A stretch of 57,529 nucleotides of DNA, the filler included, from Circinaria calcarea (Eukaryota): NCBI GenBank assembly GCA_051942165.1. It is 6 parts of 6 records of this genome, joined end to end, with 100 filler letters (N's around TTAATTAATTAA, not from the genome) between each part and the next. Parts side by side here need not be neighbours in the genome. Positions count along the whole stretch, not along the records: positions 1 to 9,522 come from JAVECS010000921.1; positions 9,623 to 19,139 come from JAVECS010000922.1; 4 more parts are not named here. One strand, written 5' to 3'. Below the pieces are notes generated by a model. The model made no database searches. It saw only the letters and a program-made list of their open reading frames with translations, and had not been told where the DNA came from. The first letter of the stretch is position 1; every line of letters begins with the position of its first letter. Positions 1 to 13,419 of the stretch are shown piece after piece. Both the position numbers and the translations under genes were made by a program.

Positions 1-1651
1 TCTGCTTTGCTGCAGATTGTTTCCCAAACGTTAGGAAATCCTACCTCAACGGCTGATTTAACCTTCGCCCCAGTAATGATAAACCGTGAATACTTATGGC
101 TAATATAGCCATGCAGTAGGTCCTGATGAATCAATGAAGCGACTATAGATTCGATTTCCTCCATGTTAGGCGTCTCAGATCTATATATCTCAATTCCATC
201 CTCAGCGTCCGAATCGCTGTATCCATCTTGCTCGTCCGTTTCCCCATCCGCTTGATTAGCGGAGTTCTCAGGCTGCAGAGCGCTGGATTCTGTATGTCCA
301 TCACTATTTGTCTGGCCATTCTCTTCAATTGGTGGTCTATCCAGTCCGGAGCCTCCGGAATTTAAGAAGATGACGAGAGTATGGAGGTCTTCCAGATCAA
401 GGCTTGGCGCCTTCCTCGTAGCGTCACCTTTAAAACCGGATATTAAGAATGTCTTCCTAGCAAGAGATCGCCAGACCAGGACTTCGCAGCGGTTTCGAAG
501 CTGAAATAAGATTCGGTTGCGGAGAAACCAACTAGCACCATCACTGTCTAGATCCAGAATCTTCTGAAACATCAGTTGATTACCCTTTCTAATCGCTTGG
601 CACAACGGCAAGAAAAAGATTCCTAATCCTTCGGCTTCCGGGCGTTGTAGAAGCTGCGAAGAAGGGAAGCGACCGAGAATGATATTAGATGGGATTAAAT
701 ACGCGATGATTCTTCGACGTTGCTTAATGCATCTTGAATGGCATTGATCATAGGCCGCTTGAAGCGCTAGCTGAGCTCGGAAGAAGTGATTATTAGCAAA
801 GTGATAACGGCCTAGATAGTAAAGATAGGTGACACGCTGGGAAGCTGGGAAGCGGGAGAGCGGCGGAGACTGCTGATAAATGTTCCCAAAGATTTGCTCA
901 GCGCTGCGCAACTTTCGACAGTGAAAGAAGAGCTTTAGGCAGATATTAGCACATATGTAGATGCCCACCCTACGGCCTTCAGGCTTTCCGCTAGAATCAA
1001 GACCCGAAGCGTTACCGCTTCTTTCACTCAAGCACTTCTTGAATGCTTCTCGAATTACGTTGGCGGAGCTCTCCACCAACGTAACCCTTTCCACTGCTTC
1101 TTCGCCTCCCATTGTCGATTCTCTACGCGTCAGGTGAGCAATGAGTTCCGGTCTTTTGTCGAGTCCGATTGCGAGTCGCGCTAGAGTACGTGAGAATGAA
1201 ATTACTGTCGGAAGGACCACTGCACCCATGGAAGCATCACTCAATGCAAGAATACATTGACTAATGAATAGTTAGCACCCCAAACAGATTCAGCGAGTAT
1301 CTAGACCAACTTCAGCAGAGCTTTTAACATGTCGTGGGTCTCCACCAGTTGATCAGGATTGACATCTCTCAAGAAGACAAAGTATTGCACCAGGAAAGAG
1401 ATGAAGGCCGTCCAGGATCCACCTTGATCACCTTCTTCATCCTGAGGTAGAAACTTATTACACTTTGCTTCCAAGCTATCTTCGTTACCGGTAGGGAAAG
1501 TTTGACGCAGTTCGGAGACAATGGTGAGATACAACGGTGGTAGCGGAGGTTCAAGGACGAGATAATCCTGTAGCTTGGCACCATCCTTATCCCGTAGTAT
1601 CTGAGAAATCTCACCAAGGAACTGATCAAGAGTAGGCGTAGGGGTAGTCAT
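1..1651 (-). CDS. PCI-domain protein, CSN12/Thp1/PCID2 family (3' end runs off the contig)
   Basis: ATG at 1651; intron 1310-1261 (GTTGGT..GCTAAC..TAG). The spliced frame stays open to base 1 and contains ANICLKLFFHC, QRVTYLYYLGRYHFANNHF and ESIVASLIHQDLLHGYISH, typical of the family. Confidence 0.85.
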
Positions 1652-2171
1652 GTTTTCGATTTTGGATTTAATTTCTTATCGGCATTCCAACATAATGAAT
1701 ATAGACAGCTCACTATAGAGAATGAGGGCAGTAGCACCCATTGCGGGGGGATAGAACAGATAAGAGTTGAGCATATGATGAACCAGTGAGTCGAGTTGTG
1801 AAGATGTACTGGATAACGTCTTCTTACTGCCGAATCCTACAGTAGTTTTGAGATCTCCTCCAAACGCGAATGGTATGCTCGACGGGGAATATCATAATGG
1901 TCGACTAATTAAAGCTTTTACTAGCTAAGGGGACCGAAGTAAGCTTTCTCGGCAACACTATATCCGAAACGCCAAGTCCAGGAACGCGGCTCAGTGGTAG
2001 TAGACTAAGCTTAGGAGGGAAAGGTACCCGCTTGAAGCCGTTTGACATGTGATTTTCCTACTTCGTCACCGATATTTCAAAAACATCTGAGCCCCGCCAA
2101 AGATAAGGCTGTTTAGAATGTGAATGTCCACGACTGACAGCTTTTCCTCCAAAAGCCTGTGGCTATCAACG

Positions 2172-3723
2172 ATGGATTTCCATCCCGTCATGTGGCTCTA
2201 TCAGATAATGCAGTGGGTGTTGGATAAACTTTTGTCCCCCAACCCTCCTCCACCAAATGCTGTCCTTGGCAGACCAAAAATTGCCGTCATAGGGGCTGGC
2301 TTGACCGGTGTTTCCGCAGCCTCTCATTGTGTAGGTCACGGATTCGATGTCTGCATATTCGAAGCTGGCGATCAGAACAATTTGGGAGGTATATGGAGCG
2401 TAGGCCGCACCAAATCCACACTCACTTCATTTACTGATTAGCTCGCAGCGAGTGAACAACACAAGCGGTCTTCAGATCCACTCTATCATGTATCGGTTCC
2501 ATCCTTCGGTTAGATGGGGTAGTGGTTACCCTGATCGGCAGCAGATTGTGTCCCAAATTAGGCAATTATGGAAACGCTATGGTCTCGAAGACAAAACCAG
2601 GTTCAACACTCCCGTGACTTCGGTCACTCAAGACAGTCAGGGTCGCTGGATTATCAACAATCCGTCCCTCGGGAGATTTGACGGTGTTATTGCTGCCGTC
2701 GGCACCTGTGGAGCACCAAAAATGCCCCACATTCCCGATCAAGAGAAGTTCAAAGGCGAGATTTTCCATTCATCGCAGCTAGATGGGAAAACGGCCGAAG
2801 GCAAGAGGGTGTTGATCGTCGGTGGGGGTGCTTCGGCTGTCGAAGGACTAGAATTTGCTATGCATACTCGTGCTGCCTCTACCAAAGTCCTTGCTCGATC
2901 GGACAAGTGGATTATCCCAAGAAACGCCTTTGTGGATATTCTCCTTGCTTTCAACATATTTGGCCAGGAAACTGTATTCTCTTGGATTCCAGAATATTTT
3001 CTGCGCTTCTTCTTCTACCGAGATTTAAAAGATCTTGCCCCCGATTCGAAGGGTCTCTTTACCGATACGCCAATGGTAAACTCGGATGTCTTCCGCCAGA
3101 TCCGAAGAGGTAAAGCCGAATGGCTACGCGGCGATATTATTCGTATGACTGAGGATGGCATACTCTTCAATCACAGAGCAAAAGGGGTTCGCAAGGGTGG
3201 TCCGGGTCGTGAGGAGGAAATCAAGGGCGATATAATCATTATGGCAACTGGATATCAGCGCCCTAGCCTCTCGTTTCTTCCGGATGAGGTTTTCCAGGAT
3301 CCATACCAACCGCCCAATTGGTATCTGCAGGTCTTTCCTCCCTTCGGAGCCTATGCCCGGCTTTGCGCCCTAAATTCTACTTACCAAGGCGCGATTGGTG
3401 CCGTCGGCAACTGGCATATTGGAATCTATACTCGACTGTTGCTTGTGTTTCTAGTTGATCCACTTGCTAGACCTCGAGAATTCTGGATGAAGAGGTGGGT
3501 TGACATGACCCGTTTTGTGAAGTCGAAAGCTCCAACGGGAGCGTTCGATTTCTTCACATACTCGGAGTTGGTTTACTGGTTCGTCTTTTGTGTCGCTATC
3601 AACCCATTCCGTTGGAAATGGGCGTTCTTTGTCTTCTTCGGGATTGGTCGTGACTTGCCATTGAAAGTGGTCCGAGGCGAAGACCGGTTGAGGAATGGGC
3701 TAGGTGTCAAAAAGCAGTATTAG
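2172..3723 (+). CDS. Flavin-containing monooxygenase (FMO/BVMO-like, class B)
   Basis: FAD motif IAVIGAGLTG; GGIWS|RVN across intron 2400-2448; FKGEIFHSSQ motif; NADPH motif LIVGGGASA; ATGY motif. Confidence 0.9.
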
Positions 3724-4623
3724 TAAGGACGGAGGAATGACCATTGAATGATAAAAAGACTGAGCATATCAGCTCACTTCTGAAGGAAAAGTTTGTTTGT
3801 AGGATAGTGGGCATAAAATGCCTTCAATTTGCACTCGAAGGAAAGAGCCATGTAGCCAAACCGAACGTTCGATAACCAGCAGAAATTATAGCACTAGCCC
3901 GATCCGGAAAGGCCGGGGCATCGGTCTTTGTCTTGGCAGCTAATTATGCTCCTCAAAAGCTACTACCTTGTAATTACATGTATATGAGACATCAAACGTC
4001 CAATCTGCCCACCACCATAACCATACATCCGTCCACCGATATCCATCGTCCCGCTATAATCTCCCCGTAGGATAGCCATCAGCTCAGCACTATCTATCCT
4101 CGGACTCGCGGAGAGGGCAAGCATTGCATCGATATTATCTTTAAACCATCTGATGCTGTATCGGCAAGAGCCCTGCTGCAAGGGGTATGGAAGGACGTGT
4201 AGTCCGGGGCGTAAATGGCGAGTTGGTGGTGCTGGGAGGGGTAGTATGATTGCATGAAGCGTGGTGGCTCGACTACTTCTATGAAGGCGTGGGGTAATGC
4301 AGGCTGGATTGGTTTGGGAGATACGAGAGTATAAGGGGAAAGAGTGACTTTGATTGTGTTCTCGTACGTGCTAGTGGGTGCGGCTGTGGGTACGGGTCTA
4401 TCCACTTTGAATGACTGGCTTACTAGAACTAAAGTAGAAAGATCTGTTTCGGTTTTCTATCCCCATGTCTCGCACTTCTGTTTTTAGGGTGCAGATGGAC
4501 CACTAGACCCTATGTGATTTGGCTGTAGGTCGGAACCCACCATCAGCCAGAATATCATCAAAAGCGTAGAGCCTTTATTCCTCTGTGGGCAAGGATGTTG
4601 CAAAGGGTAGGTCGGATGAAACC

Positions 4624-5639
4624 TCAGACATAGAAATCCTTTTTGGTGATCTTCGACATGATTTTCCAGGCCCCTCCCACCCCTTCCAGCATCTCGCAGT
4701 ACTGACACGCTATATCCACAGCCAACATGTTATGACTGCTGCAAATCTTCGAGAAGCTCTGACCGTGAGCGAGCGGACCGGTCATCAGGTGGATCGTCTG
4801 CTGTGTGATGAACTGTCGGAGTGGTTTCAAATGAGCGATGGTACCGTAGAACGTGGCGAACTCGGTAATCGCAGCTATGCCTGCGAGTTGATTGACCTTG
4901 AACCAATCCGCGAGGACGTCTATGAGGGAATTCTGGAGGGTGGTCAAGGACCATTCTTCAGCCAGGATGTATAAGTTGACATGGCCGCCGATACCGACCG
5001 TGGGCTCGGACAAACCATCCTTCCCTCGGTACAGCCAGAGCACGAAAAGGTCAAATGCGGCGGGATCGTGGCTCGGGAGATACATCTCATTCGCCTTGGA
5101 CTCCTCGGAGGCATCACCGAGGAGCGCCTTGGAGAACCAGGGCACGATGCGGCAGAGGAGATCTTTGTGTGGGGAGTACTGCTTACGCTTGGGTCCCACG
5201 TAGAGCGTGACGATGGCTGAGGTGATGAGGCTTGTGGTGATTAGTCAAAGCAAGGTACGAGTCGAGTTGGAGAGTATGGTACCTTGCAAAATCCGTTGTC
5301 TCCAGATCCGTTACCACAAGATTCTGTCCCTTCGTACCGGTCTTTACTGTGAATTCTGCTGCGGGTGTCTCTACAAGGGAATCAGCAGTCCATATAAACC
5401 AAAATTGAGACTTTCATCTTACGTTTAGGGGGTGCAGCCAGAAGAGCCGCACGTAAAAAAGACTTATTCACTCGCGTCTCTGCTTTGACGTTTGATGCTT
5501 GAGAGTTGACTGGGATGGGAGGCATTGCTTGAGGTTTGGTGTCAGTTTGCTTGATTGTTTTGCTTGGAGTCTTTGGAGCCAGTTTCCCACTGATCATTGT
5601 ATCGGAATGCGGTTGGCCATGAACAAGAGCTGGAGCCAT
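4624..5639 (-). CDS. BTB/POZ-domain protein (copy 1)
   Basis: ATG at 5639; introns ~5422-5371 and 5282-5231. The spliced product has IVTLYVGPKRKQYSPHKDLLC..FSKAL..MYLPSHDPAAFDLFVLWLY..LYILAEEW..LQNSLID, a fungal BTB signature. Confidence 0.8.
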
Positions 5640-7560
5640 GATCGTGACTTGGAAGGTTGTTATGAAGAAAGCGTGAGATATTAGGAATGTTTCTGTGAGT
5701 ACGCCAGTGCCGCGAAGAAAAGGGGAAAGTTGAGAACAAGAAGCTCCAGGTGTACCCAAGATGATAGCGGAAAGTTGACGGGTTATCGAAGTCAGGATTA
5801 TCTGCTACCTGGGAAGGAAAGGGGTGGGAGTTGAGAGTTTCCACTGCGTCGGAGATGACCTGGAGAAGATGGATAGATCTCAAGAGCCAGGTAGATATGG
5901 CCAGGGTCTTGCGACAACCTGAGGTACATCTGACTGGAAAAACTGCCAAGATTGCCGTCAGTTGGATAGCTAGTATACTAGTATGAGGGAAGATCAAGGT
6001 CTGAAAACAAACTCGGATGGTGGTGAAGATTATGAGAGGATAGCGAAAAGTGATTGAGAGTCAAGTGAACATGAAAAGTCACTTCCGAGAATAATCAGAT
6101 CGGTAATCGCGCTGTCAAATTCCGGATGCTCGGAAAGGGACTAAACTGCTTACAATAATATTTGAAGAAAGGTGTGGACGTGGTGATGGGATAATTAGAT
6201 TGAGTAATGCTCTTTACAGTACTTGGGGGGATAATGTTGGCCTTATCCTCTAGATTCCAACGGGGATCCAGCGAATAATGCTGCCGAGATTTAAAGGAGA
6301 AAATGACATGCGCCGAGGCGTTTTCGCTGGTGTATTGCCCCATTTCTTGTGCTTGCTCATGTCTCGGCTTGCAGGGGCAAGTTTTGGAAGAAAGGAAACC
6401 AACTTTAGGATGGCATTTCCATCACCATCATTCTTAAACCGCAAAATAACAATAGATCTTACTCCGAGAACAAATAAATGTGCAAAGAGCCAGTTGTACT
6501 GATAGAAGTCCGTCATCTCCGTGTCCGCGGTTGCCTGTAAGAATAGGGCTAGACGAGGCCCGGGAGGGGGCGATAGAGCAGCAACAGAGCGGGAGGTGAC
6601 TAAATAAGGCGGTTGAGAGGTAGGAGGAGAGAGTTGCGGGTAGTTGTAGATACGTTTCCTCGTTGGCACGAATGGCCGCATTCTAGGAGAGGGAATGAGG
6701 GCGAATGTTGGTCGTATCAGCGGTGCCAGGTGCAGAGCCCCGTTGGAAGGGGGGCCCTTTCGAGGTTAGGGCTGATAATGGGAAGAAGATTCGAAGCGGC
6801 GCTAGCGATGGTCGGATGGTGACTTCATGCTATTGCCTATTATGATGTGGTGCTCTGTTGTAGATAGGGGAGAGCGAAGGGGTGAGTTGGGGGGAGGCTT
6901 TGTTGGTTGTCATGCTCTAGCTTTTTGGGGTGGGTGGTAGGGGAGAAGTGGGAGGGGAAGAGTTGGGTAAGGTTAGGATAGTGAGCTGTTTTGCTTGTGA
7001 TTTTGATGATTTGGGAAGTATTTCCTTTTTTTGGGGAAAAAGTCAGTTTTCTGCCTTGCTTTCGCCGCTTTTTCTTCTCAGAGGAATAGTGGAGCAATGG
7101 AGTTGTTTTAGTGGTGCGATATCCCAATTACTCTTAATAATTTGTGACTGCTTTGTGGTTAGCAAGGTAAGACATTTAAGATGTTAGGGTATGGTATGGT
7201 AGGTTAGGCAATATTAGTGTGGAAACTGCTTGCAACGATTGCGGTCGAGGTTTCCTCAAAGGACCAATCTAGGAGAGAGAACTCGTTGGTGGGATAGTAT
7301 TCCATTCGCTATTCCCATTTTGTCATGTCCCTTATACTGCTAGAAAATATTATGCTTGAGCCTTCTTGGTCGTGATACAACCTCTTTATAATATTGCAAG
7401 AAGCTTCCTAGGGCATTTTGCCCTACTGATGTAGTATGAAGAAGCCTTTCTTGAGAAACGTACCTTGTTTACATTGGGTGCCAGAGAGCCCACTAGTATG
7501 AACCACCAGCTTATTCCTATCTATACCTTACCACGTCATGCAGTTAACTCTCCGAAAAGT

Positions 7561-8654
7561 TCAGACATGGTAGTCTTTCACGTGAACCGCCCATACGTGG
7601 CGGCAGTCCAACGGCAACTCTTTGAACATCACGACAGATTCCCACAGAAGCCTTCTCATGATATTTTGACTGCCATCGGAGTCGTTTCCTCCACCCACTA
7701 AACCGAAGAAGTCGGCTTTTCCCACATCCTTCGTGACGGCTGCCACGATGATAGTCCGCTGAAGGAAGGCCAGTAGCTTTTTAATACTGGTAGCGCAATA
7801 ACTAGCCAAGGTCTTCTCTAGAGTACGAACGTAGCCCGGAAGACCGATTCCAGAATCTGCCGACATCCAAAATGCTGTTGCATCTATCGTTGTGTTCTGC
7901 AAAGCGCCACAACCCCATTTTTCGGCTAGGGCGTATAGATGAATGCAAGTGTCGAGCTTACCGGTAGCTTTAGAGAGTGCTTTAGAGAGCGCTTTGGCCC
8001 CGCGGTAAAGCCAGATGAGAAATAGGTCAAAGGCGTCAGGGTCGATTTCTTTCCCGTGTATTTCAGGGGATACCGGTCCTGCCTTGAAGTGTGGAACTAG
8101 ATCGCAAAGCAAACCTGAGTGCGCCAGAAATTTCTTTCGCTTCGGCCCAATGAAGAAGGTGGTGCACTCGGAGGACATGAAACTTGCACCCCGTGAGTGG
8201 AGGTATAAGTTAGGATGGTAATGAGTCTGACGTACCGTGAGAAGTAGGCTTCGTCAACATCATCTATTGTACGCATGCTCATCGGGGCTTTATTGGCGCT
8301 GTTTGCGCTAGGCGCCATAGTCCTAGTGCTAGAGCTACCAGTAGTAGAAACCGAGTAGCTAGAAGGAGATGAAGGGTATGAAGTACTATGTAGAGCTTCA
8401 CTAGATGGGAGTGTAACGTCCTTTTGTTGTCCAATAAGAGATGCGGATCGGGGTTCGGCGTTACTACTTGCGGAGGAATTGACAGTAGGTATTGAGGAAT
8501 TGGTAGTTGCGGAAGCTGAACCTATAGGGTCTAAACGTTGCTGAGAAGATATAGCGTTAGACGTCACAGCCTTAGGAGACCTAGGATTTTCAGCTTCGGA
8601 AGGCTGTGTATAGCGGAGTTTGATTACATTGGGTTTTTTGGTAGTTGGAGGCAT
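7561..8654 (-). CDS. BTB/POZ-domain protein (copy 2) with Ser-rich N-terminus
   Basis: ATG at 8654; intron 8235-8183; TTFFIGPKRKKFLAHSGLLC..IDPDAFDLFLIWLY..LYALAEKW..LQNTTID. Confidence 0.8.
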
Positions 8655-8948
8655 CGAGATCAAGCTTCCGCGAGTGCGAATGATAATGGGCCCGAGATCC
8701 TAACGCGATTTCGTAAACGATCGAGCGATTCAAGATATCGCAGGTAAACTGAACGAGACTTGGTTAAATTGTAAAAGTCCAAGTTAAGGATGGAACTCTG
8801 AATTTGATGAGAACAAGAAACCCAAGCACGTGCCTGACTGTGAAGTTATGAATAACAGTCTTCACGTTGATACGCAATCACTTCACTGTAAGCCAATGAG
8901 ACAAATCCAGTATACTGCTTAATGCTCACTAACAAAACTTGACTCACG

Positions 8949-9522
8949 CTATCTCCCTTTCCGCTTTCTCTCCCTCCCTCCAAGTACTCTTCTCCGTTTA
9001 TCACCACCCATATCCTCTCTCCCATTCTCCCTCCCACCATCCCTCTCCCTTTTTCGACTCTTCTCCAATCTACTCTCCTTTCTTCCCTTTGTCAGCCCGA
9101 CAATCCTCTCTGCCCCTTCCCCAAGTCCTCGCCACTCCTCGCCCCCATAGCCTTCACCTACCCTCCTCTTTCCTTTCTCCTTCTTCCCTTCCTTTGGCAG
9201 TCGCACATAATTTCCTTCTTCGTACGCCTTTCTCTCCCTCTCGATCTCTCTCTCTTTTTCACCTCTATAACGACGGCCACGATCAAGGATGGTACTGCCA
9301 ATACTTGGTTCTGGGACAGGAGCAGTTGAAAGTTCAGTAGAAACGAACTCAGATAAGGTGGCAGAAGACTTGGTACGCCGAACAGTTTCATTGGAGGAGT
9401 TTGTTGTGGGCAGGGAGGTAGGCGTTATGCGGGGTGGACGATAGACATTATTGGAGGATTTCGTGATGCCAGTGCGGGAGTTTGCGGCTTCAGATGGTCG
9501 CATGAGGGCAGCGGGATTGGGG
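8949..9522 (-). CDS. LCP5: 3' part of Lcp5/neuroguidin-like U3 snoRNP (SSU processome) protein; 5' end cut by contig edge
   Basis: VYRPPRI, KSSATLSEFVSTELSTAPVPEPSIGSTI, YEEGNYVRLPKE and YGGEEWRGLG match the conserved C-terminal half of fungal Lcp5. Confidence 0.75.
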
Positions 9523-9622
9523 NNNNNNNNNNNNNNNNNNNNNNNNNNNNNNNNNNNNNNNNNNNNTTAATTAATTAANNNNNNNNNNNNNNNNNNNNNN
9601 NNNNNNNNNNNNNNNNNNNNNN
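9523..9622. other. Artificial contig linker N44-TTAATTAATTAA-N44
   Basis: Exact 100-bp spacer with stops in all six frames; occurs five times in the window. Confidence 0.98.
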
Positions 9623-9856
9623 GCTTCTCCAACCTATTCCCCCCGCACCTACCGGACCTACCTCTCCCTCGACGAACTCCCATCTAGCACGACCATCAGC
9701 GGTGGGAAGGAAAAGGGGCCCACGGTGACGGTAACGGATGCAGATCAGGGATGGGATTGCGAAGGGGAGGATTTGGAAAGGGGAAAGGGGATCCAAAAGA
9801 CCGTGAGGGTGGAGATGGTGAAGGAGAAGATTGGGAGGAGGGAGCAAGATAGATGA
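9623..9856 (+). CDS. Possible C-terminal tail of a truncated gene (resembles tails of PTH11-like membrane proteins)
   Basis: Frame is open from the contig edge: ...YLSLDELPSSTTISGG...DLERGKGIQKTVRVEMV...*. The resemblance is weak. Confidence 0.3.
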   Translation, partial: ASPTYSPRTYRTYLSLDELPSSTTISGGKEKGPTVTVTDADQGWDCEGEDLERGKGIQKTVRVEMVKEKIGRREQDR

Positions 9857-10718
9857 AGGTCTAATACTTTCAGCCATATGAGGCCTATTTTTGTAACTCT
9901 ATCGGGCATTTACTCAGCGAAGAAAGGAGATTTCTGGGATTGACACCACAGCATTTTTGAGAGCCGGTTGGTAGCTTTTCCTCATCAAATCCTTCAAACC
10001 TCAAAGTAGCCAGACCTTTTTCCACAACACCATGAAAGAGAAATCCGAATCGGGCTTCGGACCTTCTCGTTTGGAATGAATGAATTATGGCCGAAGGAAC
10101 AATTTTCCGCGAAGATCACCTCCAGTTACTTATCTCCGGGCCAAGTTACGCTACCATAGGTTTAGCGCGGTCTCGGTTGCGCTAATGGTAGCATATGGTA
10201 CGCGCTTCTCCCGCGCGATTTTACCATAAGAACAACCATTTGATTCACGAGGGATTGTGGGTCTCCTCGACAAACCTCCACCTACCGTCCGTCGTTTGGA
10301 TCTACTTATGGGGGGCAATTTTTTCGGTGAATTCTTGTAAGAAAGTTTTTGTTTCTGTACTGTACGGCAACCGAGATTCTAAAACTTACTGTAATGTCGT
10401 AGAGTCCTAAGTGGGTAGGGTATGGTAAGCTTTGCTAGCTTAGGATTTCTATTGGCGTGTTGGTTAGGAGGAGATAGCTAGCTTGGATGACATAGCTCCG
10501 TTGTGTTTCCTGCTCCTTCCCTAATCTTTCTCTGGCATCCATAGGTGGACCTCTGTCAACTTAGATTATAGTGCGTGAGCTTGCCAGACGTAACTCACAG
10601 CTTTTTGTTGTCAAGGCAATATTATCAGTGTTTACTTTCTCAGATCTGTGCCTATTTCTCATATTCGCGGTATTCCTCAATTCGATTACGTCTTGTCATC
10701 GAACAACGCGTCCTAGAT

Positions 10719-12187
10719 ATGGAGTTTGAAGAGAGGATACATCCTGTCCTCATCGATCCGCTCCGAGTAACATCGAATTCTTGCCATTTTACATGTTCAG
10801 GGGCGGGACTGATCCATGATGGACATGGACTCGACCCTGCTGTAGAGAAGTTTTCACCATTACTTGAGCCATTGCGAACCCAGAAAGGTACCATCCGTGT
10901 TCATCAACCACGTATCGAAAAGAAGTCGTGACATATTGGAAGGCCTAGTGCGCCTTTCGGAACCTGGTCCAATCAGGCTCAATCAGTAGTCTCCAGGAAC
11001 GTCTAAGGGAAGGGCCAAGAGAAATGAGCAAGGAGCTTGCTAAGATTGAGACGCGGCTCAATAAAGAGTTCAGAAAGAGGAATGATTTAGCGAAAGACGA
11101 GAAATGGAAAGCCATGGAGACCCATGAGCAGAAAGTAGAGATGGATGCTACCCGCTATCTTAAGGAGCAATTCTTGAGTCAAGAATCCAAGACATTTAGT
11201 CTAGGTGATAATGGTGTGGTTGTACTGAAGACTTGGGATGACTCTGAGATACATGCGGCAGCGGACGACCTCGACCTTTGTCACGAATCTGTGGATGCGC
11301 CAACAGGTGCTGATGGTAGTCAACCGAGTGTCAAAACATGGATTGTGATCGGTAAAGATGAATCTCCTGTTTACCGTAAGATACAGGAAATAAGGCGTAA
11401 GGCAGTACGGGCTCGGCAAAGGGTAGAAGACGCAAGGATAGAGCGAATGAGGAAGGTTAGCGACGACCTCGCTGCTGAAGTCAAGAAGTCCGGTTCTAAG
11501 GCTGCATGGGACGTCACTGGGTCTTGGGCGATTAAATGCCCTTACATCGAGGAGCAGTATGGACATCATGGGTATGAACATTATGAAAAGAGATCAGAAG
11601 AATGTTCGCTGGACATGCACTTTTCCCAAAATAGTGAGGGTAAGCATATGTGGGCCGAACTCGACTTTATCATCTACATCGGTGTCTTCCGGTTTGTTGA
11701 TCTGGCGAGCGCTGGTCCACGATCTAACAACCCTCATCAACTGTTAAATCTGGGATACATTCAAGAGCACCGATATCATCTAAACGACCGAGACAAGATG
11801 ATGAGGATGACGAGGATGAAGACAAATAGGAAGGTGACGAGGATGATGATGATAGTGATGGCCGTCGAACTCCAACGCCGAAAGAATTCTTCATCGCGAC
11901 CAACGCTAAACCCTCCTCGAGCTGTCCAAAATGGAGTTATCGTTGGCGTGGTAGGCGAAGGCGAGATTGCCCTCTATTCGGATGAAAAGCTTTGCTCTAT
12001 CACGTTCGGTGGTTCTGGCGGTACTAAGCTTTTTGGCATATTCGAGAGCAGTCTTACTCCAAGAATCGAATTCACTGGCTTGAAGATCGGCAATGGAGCA
12101 ACTGGGACCCGGAAGGACATAGACAGCGAGTGGAGGAGTCGAGACGAGAAAGCTCACGAGCGAGCTAGAGTTGGTAGATGGCACTGA
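10719..12187 (+). pseudogene. Disrupted fungal hypothetical gene with a C-terminal WRG..GEGEI-type domain
   Basis: Frameshift near 10930; in-frame TAG at 10946 (YWKA*CAFRNL). An acidic tract and WSYRWRG lie in a different frame from the 387-aa ORF, with another TAG at 11827. Confidence 0.65.
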
Positions 12188-13419
12188 GCTGGATGGGAAT
12201 CTCATAAGAAATAGGTTGCCTGGAGCCTATCTTTCTGTCGTCAGTTAAGCAAGAAATTCACCTGAGTATTGTGTGCATATGTAAGTATGGGGTGAATCAG
12301 GCAGTTCAAACATAATAGTCTACAGACTTCTTGTTTACTAAGATCTATAGCAACATCATCCCTTGGGTTACCTCTGTACAATGATACGCTATTCAGATAC
12401 TCGACGGTAAACTGAGGCACACTGAGTTGAGAATAGCTTCGTACCTCACTGACGTTAGAGAGGGCCTTCAGTGAGCTTTTGTGTGGGAGGCGGAAGATTG
12501 TTGCTTCCTAGCATGACGATTTCCGATGCCATTTCTAATGACTAGGAATTGGTAAGCCGACACAAGGAAGATCTCAGAATCCTACCCAGAAAGCATCGGA
12601 AGAAACCCGGAGACCCTGGTCAATTACAGAGTGAATGTATTCTCTATATTCCTAGAGCCCTGGACAGGGTGTTTTAGTTGAGAGCGGAGAACAACACTTC
12701 TAAGATACCACAGCAGCCGTATTCCCTTCCGTCTGTGCATTCGACACCCGTACTCTCGTTATAAGAGTTGATACATAGGAAGCGGTCAAGATTCCGAAAG
12801 AGAGTAATGGAAGGGTATGACTGGTGTCTATCCACCGAGCTGGGATGGGAGAGTATAACCGCCATCATGAAGCCTAATGAAGGGGTATAGGACGGAGGCC
12901 GTGCGGCAGAAGGTCTAGGATCACACACCATGGAACCATTTGAAAGGATCGAGGAATAGAATAATGATGATGTATAAAACAGTACCATTCTAGCCGGAAA
13001 TAGTTATTGTCGGACTCTCGGCCTCAGATTCAGCGATATCTCCGTGTTCTTGATGGGCATACTGCTATTGTTCACATACCCCACAGAGCTCATGAAAAAC
13101 CAGACTTTATGCAGATATAGCGCTCAAGGAATAATTCACTGGGTTATCTTTCAGTCAAAGCAGTTAGCCGGCTTAACATCCATTCGCTTCAGAACATGGA
13201 TTCGATCCCTCGACCGGATTAAAGGGTTTTGGCGCATCCAGTTCCTCACGTGACGCGCGGAGTTAAGAAATGCTGTTCGGAGTTAATCAGATGAATTCAG
13301 CTTTATAATCTCAGTTGTCTCTATCTATATTTCTCCACCTTAACCGCGCTTCCTATATTTCGTCATCTGAAACCCCATCAACTAAATCCCACCGAATGCA
13401 ATCAACGCACCCGCCCATC

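Noticed and set aside
3963..4405. Short minus-strand ORFs downstream of the FMO gene
   Set aside because: Non-ATG starts, no motifs and no convincing splice structure.
5760..7200. ORFs between the two BTB genes
   Set aside because: No recognisable domain; low-complexity purine/pyrimidine-skewed sequence is a sufficient explanation.
9567..9578. TTAATTAATTAA palindrome recurring about every 9.6 kb as a possible biological repeat or att site
   Set aside because: It is always centred in exactly 44+44 Ns and is a synthetic contig spacer.
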